64,000 nucleotides of DNA, taken from the NCBI GenBank assembly GCA_001643675.2, contig LSRY02000066.1, forward strand, positions 271,015 to 335,014. The letters are read 5' to 3'. The notes below the pieces were generated by a model. That model was not told the DNA's origin. It made no database searches and saw nothing but the letters and a program-made list of their open reading frames with translations. Shown here piece by piece: positions 13,061 to 26,800 of the stretch; the stretch's first letter is position 1, and each line of letters starts with the position of its first letter. The position numbers and the translations under genes were made by a program. This stretch comes from Monocercomonoides exilis PA203. Lineage: Eukaryota; Protista; Preaxostyla.

Positions 13061-15264
13061 ATGAAAGAAAAGGGTTTGCATGCTCATTCGAATGGATGGG
13101 CTGCATTTTTTAGCATAAGTGGTGGATTTTCTTTCGGATTTGCAAATGGAATAATATCTGGGATTCTTGGAGGTAATAAAAAATAAAAAATTTTTATTAT
13201 TCAAAGTTTTTTTTATTAAAGAAACAAGATGGAAAGACTGTTCCGCAATTGAACTAAGCTTTTTAGCAACTTCTATCGTATACGGGCTTGCAGTCGGGTC
13301 TGCTTTGTTGAAGCAACTTTAGTTTATATTTATTGTTGTAAGCTCATTATTTTGTGGTTATTTTACTGACAAGTTTGGAAGAAAAAAGATAGCCGCTTTA
13401 TCTTCATTGCTGTCGTTTGTTTTTGCAGTAGTCATGGCGTTTGTTCCGAATGTTTGGGGAATTACTGCTTTACGAATTGTTCAAGGCATATTTGTTGGGT
13501 GTATCAGCAATGTTGCCCCAATTTGCACGACTGAATTTTCAACAGAAAAGCTTCGTGGACGTTTGGTCTCTCTTTATCAAGTTAGTGTTGTTATCGGAAT
13601 CATGATATCGTATGGATTAAACATTCCTTTTGATTTTGTAAACGATGGTTGGAGATATGAATTTGCATTTACTGGAATTGGACCGCTGATTATGTGCATT
13701 GGATCATTTATAGCACCTGAAAGTCCAGTTTGGCTGGAAAAAAATCAACGTTCAGTGATAAGATCACAAAATTCTGAAGATAGAGATGCTAATGACTCTG
13801 CGAATCGTATTGTAGACACGGGAAGCAAACCATCTGACGCACTAATTGAAGCAAGTGGCCAACATCACTACTCAACCTTTTCACCGACTGCCTCACCTGC
13901 AATTCCATATTCACCAAATCTTGATAATTCATTTTCGACTTCTCAGCTTCTTGACTCACATCGTACATCAGAATCAGATTCTCCTTCTGCCGAGTCATCA
14001 ACGATCTCAAATGAAGCTCCACAATCTTCTTCAACGAACAACTCCTATTCAACATCATTGCATGCTCAAAAAGAAGAAATCGTTGAACAGAATGAACTAC
14101 CAAATGGTGAAAATTCTTCTCCAACTTTTAATAATGAAAACAATAAAATTGAAATAGTTGCTTCTTCTTCTGGTGTCATTATTCAGGGAAACTCCATTTC
14201 ATTCAAACCCATTTCAACAGAAACAGCCGAAAATGTTGCTAATAATTCTGATTCAAATAAAAAAAGTGAAGATCCGATGAATAATGCCCATCTTGCACAA
14301 GACAACGTTTATTCTTCAGAAATTTCTGACTCCTCACGAACGTGTTCATTTCTTACCAAACTATTGCGTAATCCACGATCTTTTATTGTGGCTGTTGTTT
14401 TTTCAATGTGCCTACAGCTGACGGGCGCGAACGTCATCGCTTCATACACACCTCTTATCTTAGCTGCAGCTGGTGTGGAGACAAGACTGCAATCACTTCT
14501 TTTCACTCTTGCAATCTCCGCTTGGAACTCGCTATCCGTTCTGCTTTCGCTGCTATTTGTGGATTCTGTTGGAAGAAAGCCTCTTTTAATGATGGGTTCA
14601 GGCGCAGCATCTGTTGGTCTTTTGATAATGGTACTAGCGTTTCTGTTGCAAACTTCTTCAACTGCACACATTGTAATGTCGATTGTTGCAATTGTTATAT
14701 TTTTGTTGGGTTTCCAAGGAGGGATAGGCCCAACGTATTACGTTGTGGTCAATGAAATATTTCCAGCTTCGATTGCTGGAAAAGCCGTTTCAATGTCAAT
14801 GGTGATAAATTGGATCTGCAACATTATAATTGTACAATTATATTTGCCCTTGAGTCAAGCAATTGGTGAAGGTTTGGATTTTATGTGATTTGATCAGAAA
14901 TGAGCTATACATTTGTGATTATTGCACACTTTTTAATGATAAATATTTCCATTTTTGTATTATAATTGTCATGTTTATCATTCTTCATTCTTATTATTTA
15001 TTCATTTTTGTTTTCCACTTTAAATGGCCTTCAGGATATGTTTTCTTGATAATTTGCATCATCTGCGTTCTCTTCTTTTTATTCGTTTTATTTGTTGTTC
15101 GGGAGACTAAAGGAAAAGTTCGACCAGTTGATATAGAAACAGAAATGGATGGAAAACATTTAAATGATGAAAGCCGCAAGCTTGATGAAGAAAACATTAT
15201 AAACGAAGAGAAAAAGAATCACTCAGAAAAAATGGTAGCGCAACCAGTTATGAAAAGTTATTAA
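13061..15264 (+). CDS. MFS sugar porter (hexose/inositol transporter family); introns 13173-13221, 13298-13342, 14872-15034
   Basis: Motifs GGFSFGFANGIISG, DKFGRK, RIVQGIFVG, RGRLVSLYQ, WRY, PESP.WL, QLTG.N, DSVGRK, EIFP and RETKG, with a 12-TM hydrophobicity pattern. Confidence 0.93.
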
Positions 15265-16121
15265 ATTTTTAGTTGTTGGAGTGTTTTTTGAAAAGAAATT
15301 TTAATGAAAAGAGCAACAGATTTTTTTTATTTAAATGTGGAAAATAGATATTCAAATTTTTTTTCTTCTGTTTTTAAATGGATATCTTTATTTTATATGT
15401 AATTTAATTTTCATTAACATTTTTCCATATTTCTAATTGATATATTTGAAAAGAATCCTCTCATAAATTATAGAGTCGCAAATTCAAAGTTTTTCTTTCA
15501 AACAATCAATCCACAATACACTTCATTTTTTCTTTTTATTTTTTGTTTGAAAAAAAGAAAAGAAAAGAAAATTCAGATTAAAAGTTGGAATTTATAACTT
15601 TGAAAATATCCACTTTTATAACCTCAACAGTAAAGAGAACATTTTTAAAGGCAAAACAAAGAAAAGAATCAAATATTATGAATTCCAATCTGTAAGCACA
15701 AAAATGCTGAAATCAACTTCAAACGCCATCCAAAACGAATTCACTTTAAGATTACATGCAAAGAATGTCCAATTATTATTCCACTCATTAATTACAAAAT
15801 TCATATGCGAAAAGTGCATTTTGGCAAAATGGCATTGTTATTATTTCTAAAATGTTCTTGTAATCAGTTAATGAAAAAAAACCCAAAAAAATTTCGGAAT
15901 GAAGCATACAAAATCCAAAATCTACAAAAAATGAAAAAACATATTGTTTCAATTTGAATGTAGAGAAACTTATGTATTTCAATTTTGAATACATAATATT
16001 GATAAATTAAAATTACGATTTAATCTTCCAGAAAAAATAATTTTGAAAAAACAATATAGTATCAAAAGATCAAACAAATTTGAGTTAAACAACAACCGTA
16101 TTTGATTTTTGTGTGTATTCT

Positions 16122-17208
16122 TTAATCCTTCTTTTCATTGATACAAAGACAAGGTTCTTTAGTCATTTGTAACAAAACACGGGAAGCAACAAATCCCTCG
16201 ATGAATGTTCCAACTCTTGATTCAACAACAGTATGCTCTTCATCCGAAAGGCGATTCAAACGCTCCGTGACTTGATCGTCCAATGTCAGAAGGATTGTGT
16301 GTGTTTCTTCTCCTTCTTCAATTTGGCAATGCGTTTTTGGATTATCGTTTTCGGGAAGGTCGCCTGAATAAATATCAAACATGAAAGATTTTTAAATAGA
16401 ATGTTAAAGTTAATTTTCAATTCCAAATGAGTTGTTGAGGAACTAAAATCCTTTTCATATAATACTAATAGAACGAATAAGCGTACAATAAAAGAGTTGA
16501 AAGCACGAAAAAACAGATATTTCATCACCTTTTTCATTCAAATTCCAAAAAAAAATCATATATCCATTTCCTAATGACAAATATACCATCAATGTATAAT
16601 GTTACCATCAACATTCGTGTTGGAGATGTTGCTGGATTTGGTACTCGTAACTTTGAAATTCTCCCCATCGACTGAAGATCTTTTGCACTGGTATCTTCAG
16701 CAACAAAAGGAACAGAGGAGGATGAAGTTGACGACGATGATTCGTCATGAAATTTACTTTCCTCTTTCACACTAATTGCTGGAAGCTTTGCAGTGTAACC
16801 TGTTTCTTCCTGAAAATAAAATTATTAGTAATATAAATCTATATTTTGTCTCAAACCCACAATTCTCTTATCGCAGATGACTCCGGAGTTTCATCGGATC
16901 CTACAAGCCCAGAAGGGAATTCAATAGTATTAGAATTACCTTTAAAGAAAATTGTTAAAAAATAAGCTTTAAAACAAATTTGAATATTGCATGCAAGGTG
17001 CTCTATATTGCTTGACAAGAATTAACTGAGGATCTTTATCTTTTTTAATAAGAAGAGGAATAATTTCAACTGCTTGGACTTTATCATTACATCCAATTCG
17101 ACGAATCATTTCCCATGTCATTTTCTTTCCCGATTTATCCTCAAAATGTGTCTGGCCAAATTCAATCCATTTTCCAGTTCCAATTGGTTCAAATGTTTGC
17201 TTATACAT
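16122..17208 (-). CDS. NUDT5: Nudix hydrolase, ADP-sugar pyrophosphatase (NUDT5-like); introns 16940-16994 (GC-AG), 16810-16856, 16364-16586
   Basis: Complete Nudix box GLVGSDETPESSAIRELWEETGY (Gx5Ex7REUxEExGU), plus LVKQYRAP..IEFPSG, TWEMIRR and IDGDLPEN, all like NUDT5. Confidence 0.88.
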
Positions 17209-17377
17209 CCTTATAAGATAACAGCATTTTTTATTAGAAGTATCTCAATTTGTAACAAATAAAAGATTTCAATGAATCAAATACCTTGAAAAAAAGTTCA
17301 CACAAAAAGTCAAAGAAAATGTTATGGGTTATAAATTAAAAAATTGTAACTTATTTAAAGACAAATTCTAACTTAAA

Positions 17378-18451
17378 TTAAAATGCGTCTTCTCGAACTT
17401 TATCAAAAATTGAAGAGCGCTGTGATGAAAAGGCATCTGGAGAAGCTTTTACTCTTGTTGAATGACGAGCAGACTTCAACAAAGGAGAAGGAGCAGGTGA
17501 AGAAATAACTGGAAGCGGAGATGAAGGGGATGCAAAAGGTACATTGAACACAGTTGATGAAAACGATGATTGAAAAGGCAAGGAATTCGCAGACGAAGAA
17601 AGAAGGGGTGACGTATGAATTTGGTTAGATTTTGGAATTGAAGCATGTGGAGGAGATGAATGATGAGTGGAGAATGTGACAGAGTATTGTGGGTGTGTCT
17701 GTGAGGCAGAGGGAGTGGCACTTGAAAGAGAAGCATGTTTCGAATGAGAACGCCCAGCGATTGCAGATAATGAACGCATAAAGTCCTGAGAGGGAGAAGA
17801 TGTTGCTGAAGATGATGTGAAAAAAAAAGCACAAAAAATTGAAAAGTGAACAATTTGAAATAAGAATATAAATCGAATAAATTTATTAAGATTTGCAAAA
17901 AGGAATAAAATTAAATAGAAAATGTTATGCAACAAATAAAATTTCAGTTTAAAAAACAAGCAAGAAAATGATGATTTTATTGGTATAATAAACATAAAAT
18001 GAAAATAAGCATACATTCAACATTCTGTCTAAAATATGAAGAAGATTGTCTATTTGGTGTATTGATTGTTTGGGAAGAGCTGTGTGAAGAAGGGCGGTGC
18101 GGTGGGATGTGTGCAGCGCGAGGAGGAGAATGAAGACGAGGGGAAAGAGGTGGCTTAAGCGGTGATGTTGGGACAATAAACGAGGAAGAAGAAGATGATG
18201 ATGATGAGTGAGACTGTGTTGAAGGAAATACTTTGATGATTGGGGGCGAATGAGGAGGCGAATTGATGGTGATTGAGAAAGAAGGCTGTGGAAGACGTGC
18301 TGTTTGTGAAGAAGATGATGTTGAGGGACGCAGTGGCGAATGGGCTGAATGAGAGTTTTTGGGTGTTATTGGCTTTTTTGTTGTTTGAGATAAATGCTTA
18401 TGATGATGCCTATGTGAATGATGCTTTGAAGATGAAGAAAAAGAAGAAGAA

Positions 18452-18482
<31 letters not shown>

Positions 18483-20028
18483 TTGATAAAGAAATGGATG
18501 ATGATAAAGAAGAGATAGAATAACTGGAATCTTCCTTATATTCATCATCCTTTCTATTCTTCTTTTTCCCATGGGAACTTCTTTTTCCTAATTTTGAATG
18601 TTTTGAGTGTTTTGAATGAGCAGAACGTGACTCTTTCTCATTTTGAGATGGATGGCCCTTTTTTTCTTTATGTCCTGTTTTTCTTCTCCTCCTTTCTTCT
18701 CCTTTTAATTCTCTTGTTTTTGATCTTCTTTTATGCGAAGAAGAAGCTTTGAAAGGTGTAAAATTTGAGTCTGTTGAATCTGTTGAAGATGTTGAAGATG
18801 TTGATTCATCAATTGAAATGCTTTCTGTCAGTTCATTTAAATATTTTTCGTCTTTTTCTGTTTTTGATTGTGGAAGGTGGTGATGAACTCTGCGGCGAAT
18901 GCTCCGAATTGATAAAGGTGTTCTCTGCATCAATTCTGAAAGCAGAGTTGCAGTCAAAGATGTGTTGGAAGAAGAAGAAGAAGCTGAAGAAGATGATGAA
19001 GATGAACAAGATGAAGATGATGACTGTTGAATTTGACTAGGAACATAATGAGTTGGAGTTGACACGCAACGAGCTGACATTTCTAAAGGTGTTGTTGAAA
19101 TTGACGAAGTTGCGTAGTTCTGAAGAGTTCTTCCGTATGTGCGATTACTCGAAAGAGTTTGAAGATTTGTTGATGGAACAGTTGATGACAAAATTCGTGA
19201 AGGTGTTGAAAGCACCCCACGAGGCGGTAGAGGCGTCGAAAGAGAAGATTGATTGCGAACAAGCACTGGCTGCGGTGTGATATGTGCGCGAGTAACAGAA
19301 GAAGAGCCAAAATCAAACATTCGAAAAAGTGGCAGTTCGAGACATTGGCGTGCATCAATTCTCTGATCAGGATTGTAAACTATTGTCGAGCGAAGTACCT
19401 CACAGAATGGCTCTATGTATTGCATTGGAATCATAGATATTAGTGATCGTGTTTCTGAAGGAAAAAGAGAAGGTTTTGTGCACAAAAGATGTTGAGTCGG
19501 TGTTGCAGTTTCACCTCTATAAAACGGAAGCGAATGAAATAGTTCATCAGAAACATAACGAAAATCAGAGCGTATAGGATTTCCAAATCGTGAGAAAATT
19601 GCTTGTAGAAGTTCGCTGGTTGAACCGCCACTTATGGAGTCGTATCCAAGTGCAAATTCAAACAAAATTATTCCAAAAGCCCACATATCGTTTTGCTTTG
19701 TCAAAATAGGAGCAGAACGTTCCAATTCCAATTGAAGCAAAAGTTCAGGAGCATAATATTGTGAAGAAAGACATCCATCTGATGATAAATGTATTAGTCC
19801 TGAAAGTGAAACCAAAATCGTTTTTGGATGCAAATTCATTTGAACTTGCCCTTGTTGATGCTTTGAATTCAATATTTGAAGGACAAATCTCATCCATTTA
19901 ACTAAATCTTCGAATACAATATAATTAGCTTGTTAAATAATAATAATTAATAAAAACAAAAATAACGCAGTAAAGTCCGTTATACTTTTTGTTGAAGCAC
20001 GCAGTGCTTCCAGAGACACAAAGTCCAT
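17378..20028 (-). CDS. CMGC-like pseudokinase (C-lobe only) with long Ser/His/Lys low-complexity tail; introns 19929-19985, 17806-18014
   Basis: Subdomains VIII-XI are recognisable (YYAPELLL, DMWAFGIILFE, RIDARQCLELPLF). The HRD and DFG motifs are degenerate. Confidence 0.72.
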
Positions 20029-20114
20029 TTATTATAAATTTACAGAAGAAAATTAATCAAAAATAAATCAAAAAATATAAATAATTATTCTTAAATGTTT
20101 GAAAAAATAATATT

Positions 20115-22256
20115 TTAATGGTAACTGTGATCATCTTTTTTAACTCTTTTCGCTGCTTTTCCTTCAAGTGTTTGTTCTTTCTTTTCAGCAAAAACAATTT
20201 TATCCCAATCTGGATCTGCTCCTCTTTCCAATCCTTTTTGAGAATCGTACAATAAAAATGCTTCAAGTTTTCTTTTCTTTTTTTCTTTTTCTTTTTCCTC
20301 TTTCGCAAGAGCACGAACGCTGCTTCTCAGCAATCTTGACGTTGTCATCCCATTACTAATTGAAAATGGAAATTCGTCTTTTCCGTACGTACATGATACA
20401 CGAGAATTTCTAGTTGTTGAACAATTGAGCGGTCTATTATCCAATGAAGAAGAATGAGGGCTATATCCTTCAACAGTATCACTTTTCTCATCTCTGGAGA
20501 AACTGTCAAGTTCATTTTCCTCGTAGAGTTCATCAAATTCCTCTTCATCTTCTCCCCAAACTTTTTTCTCAACTTCTTCTTCATCAACATATATCTTGTC
20601 ATTTGCAAGCTGTCTCCATCGCTGGTTGTGCTTCGACGTCTCCTTTGGAGCAAGGCGATTGACAACTTCCTGATCTTTGTGCGACATCAAAAGACTGCGA
20701 CGTGTAGGCGACATTTGCGACATTCTCATTCTGGATGAACCTAACCCACGAGATGAACGAGGCGTAGAATAAGTCGATGAAGATGAGATTAAAGGACGAA
20801 ATGTTGAAGGAGATTGAAATTTCGTTGATGACCTCGATGGAGAATGAGGAGTCGACGATAAGAAGGAAGCAGGAGAAGGAGTGGGATGAGATGAGGTTGG
20901 TCTAAAAGGGGGGATGGACTTCTTAGGCAAAAGAGTCATTGAAGGTTCAGAAAGACGATTTCTATTATATCCTCTGTTATGACTATTGCTCCGACAAGAA
21001 GTCGGTACAACTGATGAATGACTCGCTAATTTAGATGCTCTATCTGTGTCGTATCCGCTTTCCGTTGTGTTGCTTAAGTCAAACAGTTCTGAATCATCTT
21101 CTTTTTCTTTGCCTCGAATTTTGTTATAAATATCTTGTGAATCTACTCGATTTAAATGAATGTCATCTCTTTTTGAGGGCATTTCTTGAACAGACTTAAG
21201 TTGAGTTCTTGTTTCGTGGATCTTCCCTTTTGAGGATGGAGCCTGAGAATTATCTTGTTGAGTATTTTGAAGTGGCTTGTTCAGATGAGAGGTGACGATT
21301 GAAGCTCGCTTCTGAATGTAATTGCGATGAAGTGTTGGTGAAAAACCTGAGTGAGGAAGAGAAGGGGAATTAGAATAAGATGTTGTTTGTCTGCCTACGT
21401 TAGAAGTGGAAAGGGGTTCTGAATCGAGGTAATTTGACTGAGGGCTAGCCATCATCTTTCGAGCGCTGGTTGATGGAGATGAAGAAGGAGATGAAGAAGG
21501 AGAAGACGAAGCTTTTGCTTGTAATGGATCGTGTGATTTCAACAATTTTGGAGAAGAGAAACTAAAAGAAATCTGAACCTCTTCTTTTGGAGTTTCCAAA
21601 GGGCTTTGGAATTCCATGGAGTTTTGACTGCTCCACCTCCCAAAAGTATTTTCATCTTGATCATTATCTTCGAAAAATTCAAGTTCATCTTCTGCTAATT
21701 TTTCGTTACTCTCTTTCATTGCAATTTGAGGTGTAGTATCTATGATTCTCTCTACACGCTTTGGATGTAATCGCTTCAATCCTGTAATTACAGGCAAAAC
21801 ATCATCTGAATCAGTTTGATATCCCCCAGAGTTTTTCTCAATAGACGCAATAGATGATTTTTCATCATCTTGCATTTCATTTTCCTGAATATCGTCTTTG
21901 TTACGAGATTGTTTCTTTGTGTGATTTATTATTAAATCAAGTTCAGACATTTGTTTTCTTAATTCCTTTATCATTTGGTCTTGCTTTGATAATACCGATT
22001 TTATATCGTTAGCACTTGTTTCTTTTGTATAAGTTTTCTGATTAATAATTTGCTTCGTTTGATATTTCTTTGAAGATTCATCAATGATTGAAGCAGGAAT
22101 ATAATAAGGAAATGGTCCTGAAGGAAGAGAAATTTCTGAACCAAAATTTTTGGATATATTATCATATTTAACTTTTCGATTACTATCAGATTTTCTTAAT
22201 TGTTTTTCCAAGGGTGTCGTTGAAAAAGAGAAAAAAACTGTTTGACTATCTGTCAT
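20115..22256 (-). CDS. Hypothetical Ser-rich, largely disordered protein with a short coiled coil
   Basis: Uninterrupted 713-aa ORF from the ATG at 22256 in AT-rich DNA. No domain recognised. Confidence 0.75.
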   Translation of the reverse strand: MTDSQTVFFSFSTTPLEKQLRKSDSNRKVKYDNISKNFGSEISLPSGPFPYYIPASIIDESSKKYQTKQIINQKTYTKETSANDIKSVLSKQDQMIKELRKQMSELDLIINHTKKQSRNKDDIQENEMQDDEKSSIASIEKNSGGYQTDSDDVLPVITGLKRLHPKRVERIIDTTPQIAMKESNEKLAEDELEFFEDNDQDENTFGRWSSQNSMEFQSPLETPKEEVQISFSFSSPKLLKSHDPLQAKASSSPSSSPSSSPSTSARKMMASPQSNYLDSEPLSTSNVGRQTTSYSNSPSLPHSGFSPTLHRNYIQKRASIVTSHLNKPLQNTQQDNSQAPSSKGKIHETRTQLKSVQEMPSKRDDIHLNRVDSQDIYNKIRGKEKEDDSELFDLSNTTESGYDTDRASKLASHSSVVPTSCRSNSHNRGYNRNRLSEPSMTLLPKKSIPPFRPTSSHPTPSPASFLSSTPHSPSRSSTKFQSPSTFRPLISSSSTYSTPRSSRGLGSSRMRMSQMSPTRRSLLMSHKDQEVVNRLAPKETSKHNQRWRQLANDKIYVDEEEVEKKVWGEDEEEFDELYEENELDSFSRDEKSDTVEGYSPHSSSLDNRPLNCSTTRNSRVSCTYGKDEFPFSISNGMTTSRLLRSSVRALAKEEKEKEKKKRKLEAFLLYDSQKGLERGADPDWDKIVFAEKKEQTLEGKAAKRVKKDDHSYH

Positions 22257-22511
22257 AATTCTTTCAAAATTCAATACAAATTATCAATATTAATATCTTA
22301 ACAATTTTTTAAAAAATCACACACTATAATAATATATCTCAAATTTTTGCAATGTTATTCAGTAAATCTTCCTTTAAATAATTTTGTCAATAAAAGTGTG
22401 GAAAGATCAAATTTCTTAAAAATATCATGTTGAAATTTTTCTTTTTGTATAGAAAATAAATAAAGAGAAACTCATTCTGTAGGTCTTTCTTTGTTTTATT
22501 GTTTGATGAAT

Positions 22512-22512
<1 letters not shown>

Positions 22513-22544
<32 letters not shown>
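22513..22544. repeat. Poly(T)32 tract
   Basis: Read directly from the sequence. Confidence 0.9.
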
Positions 22545-23889
22545 CCCATTTTATCAAAGAAATACAAAATCCGTTCAAATCATAAACACTTATTTAAGTT
22601 GTCTTATTTTTTCATCTTCAACAGTTTGAAAAACTGACCGTCTCTTTAGTCAGTGATAAAAAACATCAATGACATTAAATTTTTCTCACAAAAAATATAA
22701 TAATGAATGCTTTTTAAATAAAAATTGGTTTTATCATTGGATTTATTTGAAATAAAATGTTTTTTTTGTCATTATGACATCGCATTTTGAGCAAAAAAAT
22801 TATTGAATTTGTGTTTCGAAAAAATATTTTGTTTAAAGCTCAGGAAAAATAATGATAAGTGATAATCACAATGCATCTTTTTTCAAAAATAAATATCATC
22901 TTTGATTTGTCTCAGATGTTAAGTTTCATTATCCGAAATATAATATGTTACTTTTTTGAAAAGCAAATTAACGAATTGTTATCACTTGTTTTATTTGCAA
23001 ACAGTTTTTGTTTTGTGTTTAATGATTTCAAAAAAATATTATTTCATCATTTCTGTGGAATGATCTTTTCCCAGTGAGAAATTATTTTGAAATAGATAGA
23101 AGCATTAAAATTTTCTAAGCAACACTTTCCTTATGGGGAAAAGTGATTATTTTTGAAATCTGTATGATTATTTTTCTAAGAATATTTTTTTTCATTCATT
23201 CTTTTCGATTGGAAATTTTTCTCTGAATGTTTGGAAATGAACAGTGAAAGTTGAACAGGCATAATTAACATATCATCGTCTTTATTTCAGTTCTTTCGTT
23301 CGTTTTTTAAACAGTCGTGATGAATTCAGCAATAAAATTCAAAATCTCTTCCCAATTGTCAATAACCTGGGTGATTTTTTTTGATACCATAAAAAAAGAT
23401 CAAAAATCGAAAAAATTAAATCTTTTGTGGTATTTATTGATCAAAAAATTAAATTGATTTTTTTTACAGTATTTAGCTTTTTAAGCTGTGTTTTTTGTGT
23501 GTTTTATTATTATATTCAAAAAAACATACCTTTTTAATGTTTTGATTTAAAAGAATTTTTATGATCAAGTTTCATAAAAATGATACAGAAATGGGACAAT
23601 GTTTTTGCAATTATGAAAAAGACTGAGATTTGTTCCAAACTTTTTCTGCAATCATAACATAAAAAATCTTTCATTCCCATGACAAATTATTGCAGAAAAA
23701 TTCAAAAATTGAGAAAAATATTTGTTTAAGTTGAATGGAACAAAATTCATAAAGCAAAATATTTCGTCCCAAATAAATAAAGTTTAATCAACAAAACTCA
23801 TCAAAAAGAAAAAAAAAGGATACTTAGCATGTTATACAAAGCTGATAAAAGGAAAAAAAAAATTTAAAGAACTTAAAAAAATGTAACAA

Positions 23890-26800
23890 ATATGTGAATT
23901 TTTATTTTTCCGTAGAATAAGCAATGAGTTTTCCATTAATCTTGCTTTAGCCTCATCAAAATATTCCAGTATCCGCTGAACAACTCAACAGATCGGCAAA
24001 CGAAAATTGTGTTATTCAGGAAACTGCAATTAATAAAAATAATTGACTCAACTCCTTTTCTTCTCTTTTTATTCTTCATTAAAAATACAATATTTATTTT
24101 TTTCTCGATTCACTACATCGTTTCCTGTCATTTCTGCTCGACATTTTTCAAAATCTCATTTTGTTAACTGCGTTCTTTTCCCAAGTTCCTGCTCTAGCAG
24201 CTCATGTGTCGAAATTATCATTGAATTCCCCTCAACCATCATTCGTTTTTTGTTTATGCCATTTCTTTCCCTCTTTCATCATCATCTTCCTCTTTTCTTG
24301 ATCATCCTTTTCTTTCGTTTTTGCTTCCTCCTCATTTCACTCTCTCTCCATCATCTCTCTCATCTCTCCAGGTAGCAACAATTTCTTTTGCTTCACAAGC
24401 AACTCACTTTGATGATCAAAATTAATATCCTTCCGCTCTTCTTTCAAACCTTCTATTTTCTCTTTCTCTTCCTTCGGCTCACGGAATCAGCAGCAATTAA
24501 ACAATGGCATGCCCAGTTCTTCCCTCCCTTGTGGAGTTTGACACGTTCTGAATACTCTATCTTTTCTCTTCTGAACCCTCTGCTCTCTCCCATGCTCGCT
24601 CTCAGAGTCGTTTGGCAGCACTTCATCGACTCCTCCTTTTTTTTAGACAAGTTCTGTTCAATTTGCTGTTCTGTGGCGTTATCAATCAGCAAGAATTCAG
24701 ATTGTGGGATAAGTTGCAGCTTGGGAGAAGAAGAAGAGGAAGGGAATGAAGGAGAAGGAGCAAATGGTTGAGGAATTGAAATAACCCTCTTTCAAATACT
24801 GTTCTGAAAGAAGAAAATCATTCTTGTTGTTGAGGAGCGCGCTCAGTGACTCAGATATGGCAGTTCTTCTCTTCTCATTGGATCATGTTCCACTGTGGCT
24901 GCTTTGCGCTGCCTTTTGAAGGAGCGTGGAGATGCAAATATTTTTCAGGCTGTGGGTGGAGCATGTAATGGTGGGATCAGTGTCGCATTGAATTAGAACT
25001 GAGGCAATCAATGGAATCTGCAGCAAATGTGAGTACAGGAAAGAACGCAGTCGAGACAAAGTGGGAGAATGACCTTGCGTGCGAAGAGAAGACGGACATG
25101 AACACCATTCTTCTTCTTCTTCTTCTTCATTTCTTTTGTGATACTCTCCTTTTCTTCATCCCCTTCATCATCATCCTCCTTCGTATCTTCTCTTGTTCCT
25201 CTTTTTCCCAACAGGTGCATACAGATTAAGCAAAGCACCATCAGTTATTATTTTCGCTTTGTCAGTCGCTGTTGGTGAAGCCATCACACCAAAAAGATTC
25301 GACCCAACGCACCAGCTCAGCAAACGACGCAGCAGCTCTTCCTTCGTGACTGTTGGTTCGTTGTTCGCTTCATTATCCTTCTCGTTTCTCTTCTCATTCT
25401 CCTTCTTCGTCAATCCCTCTTCCTTCAGCAAGCACCTCGATAATTTCCGAAGCGTTGTTCCGCACAATCGCCTGTGGCGAGTACATCAGCTCGACCAACT
25501 TGTTAAACTGCGCCTTGTCTTGCGAGCTGGCAAACAGCTTGAACGACTTGCTGGAAAGCGAGAGAAGGATGGAAGAGGACTTACCGCTGTATTCAGCGTG
25601 CGGCGAGTGCAGCAGGCGGTGGATGGGCTGGAGAATGCCGTGGCGCAGGAACACAGAGTGGAACACGGCACCGTTGGTGATGAACTTGTTGGTCACACGA
25701 AGAGAAGAAGAGACAAGAGGATTCCATCGGAAACAAAATGTGAATATATTTGTGTATTTGTGAATAATGAAACGAACGAGCGAAAAAGGGGGTGTAAAAA
25801 GGAAGAAAGAAAATATTGTGAAAAATAATTCTATAATTAGTTTCTGGCAAACCCCATGAATCTGATTAATTGCTTTGCAACAGCACCATTCAGCAAATAA
25901 TCTTAACTGTTTTGCAAGAAAATTGTAAAATAATAGATATTATTCCACCATCATAACTAATCACCATTTGAGAGTGAACAAAAAAATTTAGATAAAGATA
26001 AATATTTGAAAAGCAAAATACAGATTAACAAAAATAAATGAAACAATAAATGAAACATATTTTATTTTTCAGAAAAATGCAAATATTCCATACAATTCTG
26101 GTTCGCCATGTGGGTCATTGCGTTTAGTCCCCTCAGCCTGCGGATGTCGTCGAAGCCGTAGACCATTAACTATTCAACAGGAAAGGCACAGCGCAGCGAA
26201 GGTGGAACGTCCATCGACAGAAAAGCGCTACAAGCAACACTGGTACATAGATCAATCACATTCTGCAGCTTCACTTTGAACGAACGCCCTTAGCTGTGCT
26301 TGATGAACGGCAGGGTTGGGGAGGAGAAGGAGGAGGAGGAGGAAGAAGAAGAAGAAAAAAAGAAGAAGAAAAAGAAGAAGAATTAAATGGAGAAAGAAAA
26401 GAAGAAGAATTAGAAGAAGGTGAGGAAGAGGAACAGGACGATCTGTTTGAAGACAGAGGAATCTGCGGGATCTGGATAGAGCCAGATATTCCATCTCTGG
26501 CCGTTGAAAGAGAAATGTCTGTCTTGTCTTGCCCAGCCAAAGAGCTGCCCATGCAATCAGAGCGAGGATGTGCAGATGGTAAGGGAGGAGAGCATGCTGC
26601 ATAAGAGAGTGGTAACTCAGCAGGAATTTGTGCTGGAAAGCGGGGATCGTTGGGTATATGTGTTTCCTGCTGCTTCCCCAGCGACTCAATAAACCGCCTC
26701 TCTCGCTCTGCAATGGGGATTGCTGGCGCCTCTGGTCCGATCGGTTTCAAAAAAACTGATGACGCAGCATGTCGAGCACCAACAAGTTTAAAGAAGCCAG

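Noticed and set aside
22513-22544. Poly(T)32 as the poly(A) tail of a retroposed insert
   Set aside because: No target-site duplication or element body was found.
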